From: Clostridia bacterium
GTDB lineage: Bacteria > Bacillota > Clostridia > Oscillospirales > CAG-272
Length of the DNA: 64,000 bases
Assembly: GCA_017453255.1 (NCBI GenBank)
Contig: JAFTKN010000010.1
Coordinates: forward strand, 88,458 to 152,457
Direction: 5' to 3'
The position numbers were made by a program, and so were the translations under genes. Positions 62,645-64,000 of the stretch are shown one piece after another. Position 1 is the first letter of the stretch. Every line of letters begins with the position of its first letter. Below the pieces are notes generated by a model. It worked only from the letters and a program-made list of their open reading frames with translations. It was not told the DNA's origin and made no database searches.

Positions 62645-63921
62645 TGAGAAAAATTGAAAAAGCACTAAAAAATGAAATAAAAAAATCCGCACGTACAGAT
62701 TTTTCTAAAATCAGTATTAAATGTGGAATAAACAAAGAAAATTTTTCGAATAGGGAAAAAAGACTGGTACTAGTGGATGGTGAAGAAAGAAGCGGTGCAA
62801 TTAAAAGAAATACAATTCTTTTGATGATTGTTTTGATATGCGTCGTATCGCTTTGCATAATTATCACGAAATTGTCTTCTTCGTCATATCAAACTTCGAA
62901 AGGATATTTTGTAATTGATATCAATCCTTCTCTTGAGATATGTTACGATGAAAAAGGCATGGTGACAAGCGTAAATCCGTTAAATGAGGATGCGGAGATA
63001 TTATTGCTTTCGTTAGATTTTTCAGAAAATCACTACACAGATGCGGTTAAGACTATCGTTAATAGTTGTATTGAACTTGGATATATTTCTCCAGATAGAG
63101 CTGATAATGCTATAATGACAACAGCGGCGAATGAAGACGGTTTCAAGGACGAATATATGACGAATGAAATAAAAAAAGCTTTTTCAACTGAATTTTCAAG
63201 CAGAAAAATATTGGGAGTCGTAATAACTGGTGTTGAAAATCCCGAATTAAAGAAGGAAGCAGAAAAATTCGGTATAGATGCACAAAAATATGCTTTGATT
63301 AATGAATATATCAGCTTGGGTGGTGCAATTAGCGAGGACGAATATAGTGAAATAAGCATTAGAGAGCTATATAAATCCATTTATGAAAAGGAAAAAGAAA
63401 ATAAAAAACAACTGATAGATGAATTAACCAAAAAGGAAATAGAAGAAAAAGAAGCTGTCATTGATACTATTAAGGCAAGCACTAAAGAAATAGTAGAAAC
63501 ACTAACAGAAGAAAGTGAGCATACATCTGAATGGGAAAAAAGAGAGATAACTGAGGCTATTGCTCGCATTGAGGATTTGTCTAATAGCATAAAGATCAAT
63601 CAAACCATCGAAGAGATAAATAAAGGTTTTGAAAATATATTGTTGATATTAAATAACTTTGAAACCGATTTTCAAACCGAAATTAATGGAATCAATGATA
63701 AAATTGAAGCACTCAATGCCTCTAACAAAGAATTAATAGATGCAAGCAAAAAAGTGGAAGAAAAAAGAGAAGAACTTGTTAATAAATATGGCGAAATTAA
63801 AGACGGAAATGCTAACGTAAATGTGGAAGAATGGCAAGAAACCTTTGAAAATAAATTTTCAGAGGAATGGTTTGATTATAAGGATAAATGGCAGGAGGAT
63901 AGAGAAATATTTCCAAAATAA
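62644..63921 (+). CDS. single-pass membrane protein, putative anti-sigma factor with RsgI-like Asn-Pro ectodomain and Glu/Lys-rich tail
   Basis: Start overlaps the sigma stop (TGATG). Approximately 57-aa cytoplasmic N-terminus, TM helix ILLMIVLICVVSLCIIIT, then GYFVIDINPSLEICYDEKGMVTSVNPLNEDAEILL..AVKTIVNSCIELGYI. No zf-HC2 motif seen. Confidence 0.7.
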   Translation: MRKIEKALKNEIKKSARTDFSKISIKCGINKENFSNREKRLVLVDGEERSGAIKRNTILLMIVLICVVSLCIIITKLSSSSYQTSKGYFVIDINPSLEICYDEKGMVTSVNPLNEDAEILLLSLDFSENHYTDAVKTIVNSCIELGYISPDRADNAIMTTAANEDGFKDEYMTNEIKKAFSTEFSSRKILGVVITGVENPELKKEAEKFGIDAQKYALINEYISLGGAISEDEYSEISIRELYKSIYEKEKENKKQLIDELTKKEIEEKEAVIDTIKASTKEIVETLTEESEHTSEWEKREITEAIARIEDLSNSIKINQTIEEINKGFENILLILNNFETDFQTEINGINDKIEALNASNKELIDASKKVEEKREELVNKYGEIKDGNANVNVEEWQETFENKFSEEWFDYKDKWQEDREIFPK

Positions 63922-63926
63922 AATAA

Positions 63927-63981
63927 AAATGCTACCATTTGAAGTAAATTAAGAACTACTTCAATATGGTAGCATTTCTTT
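63927..63981 (+). terminator. long hairpin terminator after the anti-sigma gene
   Basis: AAATGCTACCATTTGAAGTA...TACTTCAA(t)ATGGTAGCATTT followed by CTTT. Approximately 20 bp with one bulge. Confidence 0.75.
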
Positions 63982-64000
63982 AAACTAAAGCTGGTTCGGT

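Noticed and set aside
1-64000. Window-wide look for CRISPR arrays, IS elements or transposases, integrases, prophage structural genes, rRNA, canonical tRNAs and known defence-system genes
   Set aside because: No regularly spaced direct repeats, no DDE/serine/tyrosine recombinase-like ORFs, no rRNA-like conserved blocks and no cloverleaf-complete tRNA were seen. All ORFs of 100 aa or more are accounted for by the features listed.

Overview
AT-rich, Gram-positive (Bacillota, Clostridia-like) chromosomal segment with 51 supportable protein-coding genes. One of them is a truncated gene at the left edge that is missing from the ORF track. Most of the window is core metabolism in tight operons. These are an electron-bifurcating-type [FeFe] hydrogenase hydCBA preceded by an Mrp/NBP35 ATPase; rplU-prp-rpmA; sufC-sufD-like; adhE; metF with a split metH; an eight-gene purine operon purE-F-M-N-O-H-D-L; serC-serA-DUF1015; a riboswitch-controlled P-type cation ATPase; and a maltose PTS-MapP-MalQ operon. 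Three stretches look accessory. The first (2.0-7.9 kb) holds a surface lipoprotein plus an orphan CpsB/C/D tyrosine-kinase module and a Wzy/O-antigen-ligase-like protein. The second (40.8-45.9 kb) holds a 1578-aa leucine-rich-repeat surface protein behind a T16 tract and a perfect promoter. The third (56.6-63.9 kb) holds a small basic/acidic gene pair, a non-canonical tRNA-like element in a structured non-coding island, a family-6 UDG, an ADP-ribosylglycohydrolase operon and an ECF sigma module. I found no rRNA, canonical tRNA, CRISPR array, transposase, integrase or recognisable defence genes. Nearly every operon has a TTGACA-like box, a 17-nt spacer and a TATAAT-like box, often with an extended TGn. 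I used these promoters together with Shine-Dalgarno spacing to correct several ORF-track start codons. The most noteworthy observations are these: (1) an ECF sigma factor paired with an anti-sigma factor carrying an RsgI-like Asn-Pro juxtamembrane domain, plus a free lipoprotein paralogue of that domain encoded just upstream; (2) a tRNA-like element with an encoded CCA but no D arm; (3) HydA with TSCSP instead of the canonical TSCCP H-cluster motif; (4) PurF lacking the N-terminal catalytic Cys; (5) a candidate yybP-ykoY (Mn2+) riboswitch upstream of the P-type ATPase. All functional calls come from motif recognition by eye, since no database search was possible.
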